A DNA stretch of 64,000 bases from contig CAVXXB010000002.1 of the NCBI GenBank assembly GCA_963765585.1, positions 55,841 to 119,840 on the forward strand, read 5' to 3'. A model generated the notes under the pieces. The model did not search any database. It saw only the letters and a program-made list of their open reading frames with translations, and was not told where the DNA came from. The position numbers and the translations under genes were made by a program. Below are positions 43,201 through 54,272 of the stretch, piece by piece (positions within the stretch are counted from its first letter, which is position 1; each line of letters opens with the position of its first letter). The stretch is from Calditrichia bacterium (GTDB lineage Bacteria > Calditrichota > Calditrichia > JAJRVZ01).

Positions 43201-43961
43201 TTATAGAACTGATTGGTAATAGTGACGTCTCAATTACGGCCGCCGATAAGGGTGAAGAAGCATTCAAATTACTCCGTTCGGAAGATTTTGATTGCATGGT
43301 ACTGGATCTGGGCCTAAGTGATATATCAGGATTTGATCTGATAGAAAAGATTAAAAGCGAAGATCAAATTCCCAGAACCCCAATCATAATATATACAGGC
43401 AAGGAATTGAACAAGAAAGAAGAGACCAGGCTGCGCAAACATGCAGAAAGTATCATCGTCAAGGGCGCAAAATCGCCGGAACGACTACTTGATGAAGTAA
43501 GCCTCTTTCTGCATCGGGTTGAAAATAATTTACCAAAAAATGAGCATAGACCTGGCAAACTGCCGCAGGACAAAGGAGAAAATGTTTTTAAGGGTAAGAA
43601 AATCCTGCTTGCCGATGATGATGTTCGTAACATTTTTGCTCTGTCCAGTGTTCTGGAAGAAAAAGAAATGGAGGTTGTTGTCGCCGAGAACGGCCAGGAG
43701 GCAATTAATTTACTCGGTGAGAATGGCGATGTGAACCTGATCCTGATGGATATTATGATGCCGGAAATGGATGGATTTGAGGCAATGCGCAAGATAAGGG
43801 AAAACAAAAAATATTCCAAGTTGCCTATTATTGCATTAACGGCCAAAGCCATGAAAGGCGACCGGCAAAAATGTATCACCGCCGGTGCGAATGATTATTT
43901 ATCCAAACCAGTGGATGTAGAGAAACTTCTGTCACTGTTACAGGTTTGGCTTTACAAATAG
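40215..43961 (+). CDS. Hybrid sensor kinase: TM-periplasmic domain-TM-HAMP-GAF-coiled coil-HisKA-HATPase-3xREC
   Basis: DEIGEL HAMP, GEGLVGQCALE GAF, QQEELRVTNEELEEQ coil, ANMSHELRTPLN, NLLSNAIKF, GGTGLGL, three REC domains. Confidence 0.93.
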   Translation: MFKNIKIRTKIVLMPALAGAAFLTILIINTMLGSQNNQLLVSIENGYFPALEMSRELEGILAQVQRNMQYAASAMDEEVLTETDLLRDNFLAIVENSNDNPVLNQAEILFLEQAFSDYYPLARKTTLQMINEGLVEEVIQNLDAMQEKYNLIQNKLNVMISDKKLDMAKAIGDAQSNQGSIVLSIIIITLLSLLLLLFISFVFIRSITRPLQQIVGAANQLANGNVDIELAIEQNDEIGELAKTTSSLVETSRQLSLAADAIGQGDYHVDINVRSETDILGKSLQRMKKNLLTMSTENEHDNWLKTGQAELSDKMRGDQNIVEVAQNVLNYLAKYINAQVGAVYLSDGTDKLKLTGSYAYKKRKNLSSEFTLGEGLVGQCALEKKSIVITDVPNDYIRINSGVGEHAPLNLMVTPLLYDGQLHGVIELGGFHEFTDLEMNFLEQATENIAIALQSAVSRFKVKELLEETQNQAAELQAQQEELRVTNEELEEQTQNLRNSEEDLKSQQEELKKSNTELERQTDALKERQTEIENKNLELEQARKEIEKKADELELSSKYKSEFLANMSHELRTPLNSIQILSKLLSENKDKNLTEKQMNFAKTINSSGSDLLGLINEILDLSKIEAGKMNLNLEDMTLGYLPSYIQQNFEHLTSEKGLYLKVEMDKDLPKNIRSDRQRVEQILKNLLSNAIKFTENGGVSVKINRPSAELNLKQSGLSPDSSICISVIDSGIGIPDEKKQLIFHAFQQADGTTSRKFGGTGLGLSISLQLAKLMGGEIQVASEINEGSTFRLLLPDICLQGAETSTPSHEEMADTEIEKPVKDEIENVSLSIMPQKKEANPNQVNEIRDDRLEILDDDRSILIIEDDANFAKILFDFTREKGFKCLLAEDGEAGLQLANQYKPSAILLDIGLPRIDGWTVMERLKENTETRHIPVYFISGQDKQMAAMNMGAIGYLLKPVSQEGLNDAFAKIDKIISKDIKKLLVVEDDQVMRESIIELIGNSDVSITAADKGEEAFKLLRSEDFDCMVLDLGLSDISGFDLIEKIKSEDQIPRTPIIIYTGKELNKKEETRLRKHAESIIVKGAKSPERLLDEVSLFLHRVENNLPKNEHRPGKLPQDKGENVFKGKKILLADDDVRNIFALSSVLEEKEMEVVVAENGQEAINLLGENGDVNLILMDIMMPEMDGFEAMRKIRENKKYSKLPIIALTAKAMKGDRQKCITAGANDYLSKPVDVEKLLSLLQVWLYK

Positions 43962-43986
43962 AGAACTGATCTACTTTTAAGAGGAG

Positions 43987-44829
43987 ATGATGACGAGTAT
44001 TAATCAAATTGAACTGAATCTGTTATTAGAAGCCATTTATCAAAAATATGGATATGATTTCAGAGATTATTCCAGAGCCTCATTAAAAAGAAGAATCTCT
44101 ATGCGACAATCGGCCTCAAGAATTCAGAGTATGGCAGAAATGCAACACAGGTTGTTACACGATAGCGGCTTTTTTAACACCCTGCTGGCCGACATGTCCA
44201 TCAATGTAACGGAAATGTTTCGTGATCCAAATTTTTATAAAGCAATAAGAGAATCGGTGGTACCCATTTTAAAAACATACCCATTTATAAAAATGTGGCA
44301 TGCTGGATGTTCGACTGGCGAAGAAGTGTATGCAATGGCCATTTTACTAAAAGAGGAAGGACTGCTGGACAGATCAACGATTTATGCCACCGATTTTAAT
44401 GAGATTGTCCTGGGAAAAGCACGTGAAGGTATATATTCTATGGATCACTTGAAAGAATATTCATCAAATTATCAAATCGCCGGCGGTAAAGCGGCACTGA
44501 CTGATTACTATAAGACAAAAGATAACACAGCAGCTATGGATCATACCTTAAAAAAACGAATCGTGTTTGCTCCGCATAACCTCGCGACAGATCATGTATT
44601 TGGCGAGATGCATTTGATAATGTGCCGGAATGTGTTGATTTATTTCAATAAAGATCTGCAGGATCGATCCATAGGTTTATTCTATGATAGTCTTGTCCGT
44701 AAAGGTATTCTCTGTCTGGGCAGTAAAGAAAGTATTAGATTTTCCGGTCATTCTGAAAATTTTGAAGAATTAATTGCCCATGAAAAAATTTATCAGAAGA
44801 TGTCTATCCGGGAGACAAAGCATGTATGA
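43987..44829 (+). CDS. cheR: CheR-type protein-glutamate O-methyltransferase
   Basis: YGYDFRDYS, NVTEMFRDP, WHAGCSTGEE, ATD, CRNVLIYF. Confidence 0.93.
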   Translation: MMTSINQIELNLLLEAIYQKYGYDFRDYSRASLKRRISMRQSASRIQSMAEMQHRLLHDSGFFNTLLADMSINVTEMFRDPNFYKAIRESVVPILKTYPFIKMWHAGCSTGEEVYAMAILLKEEGLLDRSTIYATDFNEIVLGKAREGIYSMDHLKEYSSNYQIAGGKAALTDYYKTKDNTAAMDHTLKKRIVFAPHNLATDHVFGEMHLIMCRNVLIYFNKDLQDRSIGLFYDSLVRKGILCLGSKESIRFSGHSENFEELIAHEKIYQKMSIRETKHV

Positions 44830-45382
44830 CGCTATTGTTATCGGTGTTTCATTAGGCGGTATGAACGCCTTAAGAGAATTACTGGCTAATCTCAAAGATG
44901 AAGTTTCAATCCCAATTCTGATCGTGCAGCATCTTCATGCCCGATGTGATAATTATCTTGCAAATTATCTTGATAAATTCTCAAATCGGAATATAAAAGA
45001 AGCGGAAGAAAAAGAAGTGATAACAGCAAATAATGTATATCTGGCGCCAGCAAATTATCATTTAATCGTGGAAGAGGATAGAACAATTTCCTTGACGACA
45101 GATGATCCGGTAAACTATTGCCGCCCGTCGATAGATATACTTTTTGATTCCGCCGCCGAGACGTATGCATCAAAACTGATTGGTATAATCCTGACAGGTG
45201 CAAATAACGACGGGACCAATGGAATGAAAAACATCAAAAAAAATGGCGGTTTGCTTGTTGTACAGGATCCTACAACCGCAGAAGCCAGTACCATGCCAAG
45301 TTCGGTTATTACGCAAACAAAAGTTGATTATATACTATCACTGAAAGAGATATCTGATCTTTTAAATGTGATAGCGAAGTAA
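44822..45382 (+). CDS. cheB: CheB-type methylesterase without REC domain
   Basis: GVSLGG (Ser), VQHL (His), RPSID, LTGANNDG (Asp), VQDP...MP; ATG overlaps cheR stop. Confidence 0.92.
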   Translation: MYDAIVIGVSLGGMNALRELLANLKDEVSIPILIVQHLHARCDNYLANYLDKFSNRNIKEAEEKEVITANNVYLAPANYHLIVEEDRTISLTTDDPVNYCRPSIDILFDSAAETYASKLIGIILTGANNDGTNGMKNIKKNGGLLVVQDPTTAEASTMPSSVITQTKVDYILSLKEISDLLNVIAK

Positions 45383-45413
45383 AATTAAATAATGGATTGG
45401 GAGGGAAAATCCA

Positions 45414-47237
45414 GTGATTGTAAAGAATAAAGAACCAAATATGCAAAAGATTTTACTGGTCGATGACCGGCCTGAGAATCTAATGTCGTTAGAAAGCATT
45501 TTAGAAAATGATAATCTGATATTTCTTAAAGCCCTTTCGGGTGAAGAAGCGTTAAAAGTATTATTGAAAGAGGATGTCTCTCTGATACTACTTGATGTTC
45601 AGATGCCCGGAATCGATGGATTTGAGACTGCCGGATTGATCAGAGGTACACAAAAAACCCGTCATATTCCTATCATCTTTGTTACTGCGATTAGCAAAGA
45701 ACAAAAACATATTTTTAAAGGATACGAATCCGGTGCGGTAGATTATCTGTTCAAGCCAGTCGAGCCGGAAATAGTGCGCAGCAAAGTAAAAATACTTTTA
45801 GATCTTGACCAGCAAAGAAGACTTGTAGAGCATCAGAATCAAAAATTAGTCATGGCTAAAAGAAATACGGATAACATCTTAACCAATGTTGAAGAAGGAA
45901 TCTTCCTTCTGGGAGTTGATTTTAAAATTAAACCACAATATTCAAAAGCACTTGTCAAAATGTTTAAGCAAACAGAACTATCCCAATTAGATATTCGCAC
46001 GTTTCTGAAGGAAAATCTGGACGATGATTTATATGAGAGTGCGATTGACTATCTGGATCTGATGTTCTGTGAGGATCTCAATGAACTCAATTTTGTGGAT
46101 CTAAATCCTTTTATTGACTGTCCTTTTTTCACCGGGAAATCGGGCGAGGAACAAAAAAGATTCCTCACATTTAGATTTAAACGAATCTATAACGAAAACA
46201 AAATTGAGGAGTTAATGGTAACTGTCAGAGATAATACCACCCAGGTTATCCTGGAGAAAGAACTGCATAAAAGTAAAGCGGATTCGCTGCGCCAAATCGC
46301 ATTATTGCATATTCTCAAGGTTGAGCCGCAATTATTAAAGGAATTTATCAAACAGACCGAAAGCGAATTAAGTTTAATCACATCAAGACTTGAAAAGTTT
46401 GCTAAAAATAAAAGTGCGGATGAAGATATAAATTTAGTCTACAGCACGATGCACTCGGTAAAGGGAAATTCCAGCCTGCTGGATTTTCGTTTCATCGCCG
46501 AAAAGGCACATCAATTTGAAGAAATTTTAAAAGAACTGTACCCGGCCTCAATGGATATGCAAGAGAAAATTATGCAGTTGACTAAGATTATAAATGAAAT
46601 TGATCATACCCTGATCGACATTAAATCTCTGGTGGATCAAATCAGATCATTTTATGAACACTACAATAATGGACAGGTAGCTGCCGGAAATTTGATTATT
46701 AAAGCTGTCACCAATGTGATTGAGAAATTGGAGAAGGAATTTGATACAGATATTTCATTTGATCATTCGAATTTTGAAGAAAGCATCGTTTCAAATAAAG
46801 ACTTTTTACAAGTTAAAGATATCCTGATTCAGTTAACCAGAAATTCACTTTATCACGGTTTGGCTGATGGTCCTGCAAAAGAAAAGAAATCAAAAAAAGA
46901 AAAACTGGAGATCTCTTTAACGGGTAAGGCAAACGGGAAACACAGGATAATAAAATTTGAAGATAACGGTAATGGTATTCAGCACGAAAAACTGCGATCA
47001 AAGGCAATTGCTTCCAAAAAATTTACTGAGGGTGAAATCAGCAGTTGGAGTGATAAGCAAATTGCAGATCTCATATTTGAACCGGGAATTTCTACAGGTG
47101 AAAGTACGAGTAAAGTCGCCGGTCGCGGCATAGGAATGACATTGGTGAGAGATAAACTACAGGAAATGCAGGGACAAATTGAAGTTCATTCTGAACCGGG
47201 AAAATTCTGTAAATTTGAAATATTTTTACCAAACTAG
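45414..47237 (+). CDS. REC + PAS-like + HPt + CheA-type HATPase (no CheW/P5 domain)
   Basis: REC VDD..DVQMP..KP; HPt MHSVKG; CheA-like P4 RNSLYHG, DNGNGI, IFEPGIST..VAGRGIGM; ends at FEIFLPN. Confidence 0.82.
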   Translation: MIVKNKEPNMQKILLVDDRPENLMSLESILENDNLIFLKALSGEEALKVLLKEDVSLILLDVQMPGIDGFETAGLIRGTQKTRHIPIIFVTAISKEQKHIFKGYESGAVDYLFKPVEPEIVRSKVKILLDLDQQRRLVEHQNQKLVMAKRNTDNILTNVEEGIFLLGVDFKIKPQYSKALVKMFKQTELSQLDIRTFLKENLDDDLYESAIDYLDLMFCEDLNELNFVDLNPFIDCPFFTGKSGEEQKRFLTFRFKRIYNENKIEELMVTVRDNTTQVILEKELHKSKADSLRQIALLHILKVEPQLLKEFIKQTESELSLITSRLEKFAKNKSADEDINLVYSTMHSVKGNSSLLDFRFIAEKAHQFEEILKELYPASMDMQEKIMQLTKIINEIDHTLIDIKSLVDQIRSFYEHYNNGQVAAGNLIIKAVTNVIEKLEKEFDTDISFDHSNFEESIVSNKDFLQVKDILIQLTRNSLYHGLADGPAKEKKSKKEKLEISLTGKANGKHRIIKFEDNGNGIQHEKLRSKAIASKKFTEGEISSWSDKQIADLIFEPGISTGESTSKVAGRGIGMTLVRDKLQEMQGQIEVHSEPGKFCKFEIFLPN

Positions 47238-47296
47238 TGAATGGACGATAGCGTAAGTTCTTTTGTGATAAAGATTAATATATATTCCGACCGGCC

Positions 47297-49298
47297 CTAA
47301 GTTTTATCTAAGACCTCTCTTACCAGTGAGGAAATTGAGTAAAAACTATAGGGCTTTTTTAGGAAATGAATCCCTTCGTCAAGAAATTCCTTGGAAACGA
47401 TTTGATTGTCAGAATAACCGGAAGTATAAATAATTTTTATTCCTGGCAACAATTTTTCCGCTTTTTGCGCCAACTCTTTTCCACCCATTTCCGGCATGAC
47501 AATATCTGTGATAAGCAATTGCGGGTGAATTTTTTTATGCTTTATTATTTCCAGTGCTTCTTTTCCATTTACGGCCTGATACATCTTGTAACCCATAGAA
47601 TTGAGTGCTTCAAAAATAAAAGAACGTACGCCATCATCATCTTCTGTGATCAGGATACATTCATTCCCGCCTTTAACTTCTGGTTCCACCTTCGTGGTCA
47701 CAGATTTAGACTTTGTTTCGGCAACCGGCCAGAGTATACTGAAAGTGGCACCCTCACCTTCCACAGAATCTACTTCAATGGATGCATTATTTTGTTTTAC
47801 AATCCCATAAACTGTCGACAAGCCTAATCCCGTTCCTTTACTTTCTTCCTTGGTTGTAAAAAATGGTTCAAATATTTTAGTGATCGTATCTTTATCCATT
47901 CCAACACCCGTATCGCTAACAGAAAATTCGATACAGGTCCTCTCTCCACCTCCGGTTTGGGAACTCAAAGAGCGCTCATTAAAGTAAGAAGATTTAGTTT
48001 CTATTCTGATCAGTTTTTCAGTTCGAGGGCCAGACTGAGAATGAATGGCGTCACGGGCATTCACTATCAAATTTATTAATATTTGCTCCATCTGATGTGG
48101 GTCAGAAAGAATTGCCGGTAAGTTCTCACCAAGATTTAGTTCTATCTGTATATCCTCACCAATCAGACGTTTCAGCATTTTAATTGAATCATTTATTATC
48201 GTATTTATATCGACAATCAAAGGCTGTACAATTTGTTTTCTGCTAAAAGCAAGAAGTTGACGCGTGAGTGCTTCTGCCCTAAAAGACGCTTTTAGGATTT
48301 CTTCCAGCTTTCCCCTGAATTCGTCCGGAAAATTCTCATTTGAGGCCAAAAGATTACTGTATCCCGAGATGACTGTCAATAAATTATTAAAATCGTGTGC
48401 TACGCCACCTGCTAACTGGCCGATCGCTTCCATCTTTTGGGACTGAATTAATTGTTTTTCGAGGAGTTGACTTTCAGTGACATCCCGGTAATTAATTACA
48501 ATTCCAGCGACACTTTGAAGTTCAAGCATATTCGTCATGGATCCCTCAAGGTACCGCAAGGAGCCATCCTGGTGCTGATGGCGTAGTTTGAGAGTTTCGG
48601 TCTTACCAGGATATTTTTTTATCTCAGCCACTTGCTTATTAAAACTATCTTTATCTTCCAGATGGAGATGATCTAAAACACTTTCATTTATTTCATAACC
48701 AGAGGAATAACCGGATACACTAGTATGAGATGGACTGGCATATTTTATTTTTTTTGCATCATCCATGATCAGTACAACATCTTTTGCCATTTCAATAATA
48801 CTGCGGAAATATTCTTCACTATTCTTGAGCGCCACATTCTTTTGTTGCAATTCCCTGGTTTGTTCCAGAACTTTTTGTTCCAGATTATTTTGATAATCCC
48901 TGTTATCTTTTATGAGCTGGGCGCGCTCAAGTGCAGATTCCACAGCATGAAGAAGAACTGACATATCCTGTATTGGCTTAAGGATATAATTCCAGGCTCC
49001 CAGACGGATTGCCTCTATAGCATCTCCAATTATCCCGGTTCCGGAAATTACAATTATTGGAGTATCCGGAGAGTTTTTGCACACATCTTTTAAGACATCC
49101 AGTCCATCTACCTCCGGCATACGTAAATCGACTAATATCAAATCCGGATTAAATTTCCTGAACTTTTCCAATCCGATTTTACCATTCTCAGCAGTAATGA
49201 CTTTATACTCATAATCTTCAAAAAAGCCTTTGGATGCTTAACCGAATCGCAGGTTCATCATCTATATGCAGTATAAGCGGAGACGTTTTTGTGGACAA
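47297..49298 (-). CDS. Hybrid kinase REC-PAS-HisKA-HATPase-REC; +1 frameshift near 49232 hides the N-terminus
   Basis: TTG start at 49298 (STKTSPLILHIDDE), ORF 47297..49171 continues DLRMP, AGGVAHDFNN, FFTTK..GTGLGL, C-terminal REC. Confidence 0.87.
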
Positions 49299-49302
49299 TT
49301 TC

Positions 49303-49695
49303 CTATCCCTTCTTGAACAAATTATTAATTTTCTCATTGAATATATTCAGATCACGCACAGGCTTCTTTATAATCTGACTTTGTTTCAATCCCAGATTTG
49401 CCAGATTGTCTGGCAAAACAAACGCAACGGATCCGGTATGTATCAAATATTTTATATCAGGACATATTTCATGTGTCTTTTCAATTAGTTTTGTGCCGTC
49501 TATACCAGGCAGACGGATATCAACAATCATAAGATCCGGTTGCTCTTTATTAATTTGAATCAGTGCATCCTCTGCCGAAAATACCGAACTGACCTGAAAT
49601 TCCTGGTCGATCAAATGTTCTGATAAACTTACACAAACCGACTCTTCATCATCTACGATTAGAATTCTGATATTTTTATTCATAACAACCTGCAC
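49303..49695 (-). CDS. Single-domain response regulator
   Basis: IVDDE, VDIRLPG, IHTG, KKP. Confidence 0.88.
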   Translation of the reverse strand: MQVVMNKNIRILIVDDEESVCVSLSEHLIDQEFQVSSVFSAEDALIQINKEQPDLMIVDIRLPGIDGTKLIEKTHEICPDIKYLIHTGSVAFVLPDNLANLGLKQSQIIKKPVRDLNIFNEKINNLFKKG

Positions 49696-49972
49696 TTTAT
49701 TCCCGTGATTTTGTGACAGAATCTATCTCAAAACTCATTTCTGACTCAAATTCAATCGATTTGGCCGATTCTCTTCTTACATTAATAGCAGGAAAGATCC
49801 CCGTCCGGAAACTAGTTCCCAGAGAAGATTTATACTATCTAAAGTATTTGTACCTTTTACGATTATTTTCGGTAATAAACCACAAAAGTTCAATTTTTCT
49901 TAGGTTTAAATAACCCTTGTGTCGTTGGCATTGCCGCTTATACAACGACAATGTATAAACATATATTTTTCA

Positions 49973-52900
49973 TCAGATTCGCGGAATATCCATACTGTGA
50001 TCAGCTGGTTTAAGATAAATTTTTACTTTTGTTCCCATACCCTTTGTCGATTCCAGTGACATTTTACCATTATGCTGTTCTGTTATTATGAAATATGATA
50101 CCGATAATCCCAGCCCTGTACCGACATCAACATCCTTAGTAGTGTAAAACGGTTCAAAAGCACGTTTACGTGTCTCCTCATCCATACCAGGACCATTATC
50201 CTCCAGTTCTAACTTTATCAATTCCCCCGTAAAATTTATTCGAAAAGTGAAACATGGTGCTTTTCCTTTTTGCTTCAGTTTTTTATTTTTAAACTTTTCC
50301 TCGGTCATTGCCTGAGCACCATTCTTAAGGATATTAAGAATAACCTGCTGCAAATTACTACGTTCACAGTACACTGGCGGAATATCTTTTTCGTAATGCC
50401 TGATTATCTTTATCTGACGAAAATCATATTTCTTTTTCAGATCGTAATCATTGGCAGCCAGTTCAACCGTATCATCCAAAATTTTAACAATATCGTGAGA
50501 TGATAATTTTGATTCACTCTTTCGGCTGAAACTTAGCATATTCTCGACAATCTTTGAGGCCCGGTTACCGGTTATATTTACAGCTTTTAGCATCTCAATT
50601 ATTTTTCGTTTTTCCATAAAGGCTTTAATTGCCTCAAAATTCGTTCCACATTCCTCAGCTGCAATTTCATTGGCTTTCATTTTGTTTGTCAGACGATTCA
50701 ATACAACCTGAGTGTTTTGTAATATACCGGCCAGGGGGTTATTAATCTCATGTGCCATACCTGCAGCCAATCCACCCACCGACATCATCTTTTCCGACTG
50801 GATCATCATCTCTTCCAGTTTTACCCGCTCGGTAACATCATCTATTCGAATTACCGCTCCCTCCACACCATTGCTGATCAGCGGATAGACTGTTAAATCT
50901 ACATACCCTAACTCATTTTTTATTACATTTTTTAATTGACTGTTCTTTATTACTTCACGAGATTCAATTGATTTTTTTATATTATCCAGTTGCCTGGTTA
51001 TATTGGGGAATACCTTTTCTAAAGGCTGTCCTGCGGCTTCGTTTTTATTAATACCAATGGTCTTTTCCGCTTCTTCATTCCAGTGCGTTATCTGGCATTC
51101 CTTGTTAACACCAATAACTATTGACGGCATAGAATTGATTATATTATTTATGTAGTTTCTGGCTTTTTCCAATTCCATTTCGGCTCGTTTTCTGTCATCT
51201 ATATTACGTACAACGGCAAGTACCCGATTTTTGCCCATTATTTCCGTACTTTTCAAGGCGACTTCAACCCAGAATAATTCGCCATTTTTTCTTTTTGCCT
51301 GCCATTCAAAAATTCGCGGACCATCACTAATTGTTTTACTGATCAGATTTTTTGCCTCTGATTCAGAGTACGAAGATTTACCGCTGCTTAAGTCACCAAT
51401 ATTCAGTTCCAGCCACTTCATTATAAGTATATCCATACATTTCAAGAGTTGTTTGATTTACATCCAGAATGGCGCCCGTGAATATATCATGGATAAAAAT
51501 TGCTTCACTGGTTGTATTGAAAATTTCACGATAATTGCGTTCACTTTGACGCAAGGCTGCTTCTGCAATCATCTTTTCATCAATTTCTTTCTGAAGTTCA
51601 GAGTTATGACGGCGGATATTAGTGGTACGATATTTATAAAATACAACCAATACACCAACAATGAAAGTAAGCATCAAACTCCGGAACCACCACATCTGCC
51701 AGAGGGGTGGATGAATAATGATATTTATCGAGTGCCCTTTCTCGTTCCAGATTCCATCCCGATTGGCGGCTCTTACTCTAAAAGTGTATTGTCCGGTCGG
51801 TAAATTGGTATAGGTAGCAAATCTTCGGTGACCCACATAATTCCATTCATTTTCAAATCCATCCATTATATATGCATATAGATTTTTTTCCGGGAAAATA
51901 TAGTGCAGACCGGCAAATTCAAATGAAATGACATTATCCTGGTATGAGAGATTTAATTCCTTGGTTGTTGTAATGGATTCTTTCAATCCAGGTCTGTCTT
52001 CATTTGTATCGACCAATCCGAACAGATTTGTTGAATATTTTAAAATCAGATAATACAACCTTGGGAACGATCAGATTCTCCCGAATACTATCGGGATGAA
52101 ACATATTAAATCCATCTATTCCTCCGAACAGAAAATATCCATCCTGTTTTTTCAGGTATGCGCCGGCGTTAAACTCATTATTCTGAAGACCATCGTTTAT
52201 GTCAAAATTTTTAAATTGTCTCTGTTCTGGGATTGAATTTGCTTATCCCCTTATTTGTGCTGAGCCAAAAATTACCCCGGTCATCCTCTAAAATACCATA
52301 GACTACATTATTTGGCAGACCATCATTTTCAAGGTAAGACTTAAACGTCTCATTTACCGGATCAAATTTTTTCAGTCCCCCCTGAAACGTACCTAACCAA
52401 ATTATACCCGATTTATCCTCATGAATGGAGAGAATAATATTATTAGTAATACTTTTATTATTACCTTTCATTTTATAATGTTTAAACTGTGGTTTCTTCT
52501 TATCCTGGTCTTTAAAAATCAGCCGGTTTAACCCTCCCCCCCAGGTACCGATCCACACAATACCTTTTTTATCGGTATATATAGATCGGACATCATTACT
52601 ACTCAAACTATTGAGATTATCAGGATCATGCCGGAAATTGATAAACTTGAACTTTTCATTTTCTTTTATATCCGGATCCAGATAAGTCAGGCCGTTATCG
52701 TAGGTTCCGATCCAGAGTTTTCCGGAATTATCTTTCTCAATCGTCATTACCAGATTGCCACTGAGGCTGTATTTATCCTTCGGATTATTCTTAAATCGCC
52801 TGAATTCATTGTTTTTTTTATCAAATCGGCTCAGACCTCCGCCATAGGTTGCCAGCCATATAAACCCAGAATTATCTTCACAAATTTTGTACACATAGTC

Positions 52901-54222
52901 ATTACCCAGACTGTTCATATCCTTTGGATTATTCCGGAAAATGTTTGGTTTACTGCCGGATCTTCACTTTTTTCCCGGAATCCACAAGTTCAAGCCGCCC
53001 CCGTCCGTGCCAATCCAGATAGTTCCCGCTTTAGTCTTCATAAAATGCCCGGATATTGTTATTACTGAGATTAGACAATGCGTTACGGCCGGAACGATAT
53101 TCCAAAAATTGTTTCTTTTCCTGGATATACTTATTCAATCCACTACTCCAGGTACCAATCCAGATCACACCTGAATGATCCTGGCAAATGTGCGGTGATG
53201 CGATTATCATTTCAAACTGTTGGGATTATTATCATTCATTTATCCGGTTAAATTTTTGGCGGCCGTGTGAGTTTTGATCGTATTTTAATATATTTAAACC
53301 GGCGTCCCATGTACCTATCCATAATGTTCCTTTGTTGTCTTCCGATATGTAAAATATATTATTACTACTAAGACTTTCCGGCCTATCCGGCTCGTGGGTA
53401 AAATAAGTAAATTTATTTTTATCCTGATCAAACAGATTCAGACCGCCGCCCCATGTACCTAACCAGAGCCGCCCATTTTTATCCTCGTAGATAGACTTGA
53501 TATAATTATGGCTTACTGATTTATTAGTCTGATCCGGATGGTATGTGTAAATTATTTCATTGCCGGATTTATCGGTTGTCAGTTTGGACAGCCCCTCGTT
53601 TGTGCCGATCCATAATATATTATTCTTATCTCTCAAGATGGATCTTACACGCTTACCATTGATCTGATTCGGATTTCCTGGTTCAACCGGGTATGTAATA
53701 AAGATTTCATTTCCGTTTTCATCATACTTTAATTTAGCCAGACCATTATCTGTACCAAACCATAATATTCCGTGATAATCCTGGTATATTGTCCATATGA
53801 TATCACTACCTATACTGTCATTATTTGCAGGGTAAATATGGTATGAAAAAAAGTTTTCGCTGACTGGATCATATTTGCTCAAACCATCACCCGATGTACC
53901 AATCCATATTTTCCCGGATTTGTCTTCACATAATGATAAAATGTAATTACTGCTTATTGAATATGGATTATTTGGCTCAGGTTTATAGACCTTAAACTGA
54001 TAGCCATCATACCGGTTGAGACCATCCTGAGTACCGATCCATAGAAATCCATGAGAATCCTGTAGAATACAGGTGACAGTGCTTTGCGAAAGGCCATGCT
54101 CAACCGACAAATGCTCAAACTTAGCATTCGTTAATGCCGGCATTAGTAATGCTATAGAAACTGCAAATTAACAGGAGTAAAACATTTACATTTATTTTAT
54201 ACTTTGGATTACGACTTTTCAC
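49973..54222 (-). CDS. Sensor kinase beta-propeller + YYY-TM-PAS-PAS-HisKA-HATPase, broken by several frameshifts
   Basis: Pieces 53232..54143, 52211..52918, 51393..52058, 49973..51445: GLSQSTV, repeated WIGT, YTNLPTGQYTFRV, AGMAHEINNP, GTGLGL; start approximate. Confidence 0.8.
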
Positions 54223-54272
54223 AAACTACTTTCCATTTCTTTGTTTTCGCATAAAATTGATTCTTTGCTTTA

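Noticed and set aside
43987-47237. Canonical flagellar chemotaxis cluster
   Set aside because: No MCP, CheW or flagellar genes; CheB lacks REC; CheA-like protein lacks P5
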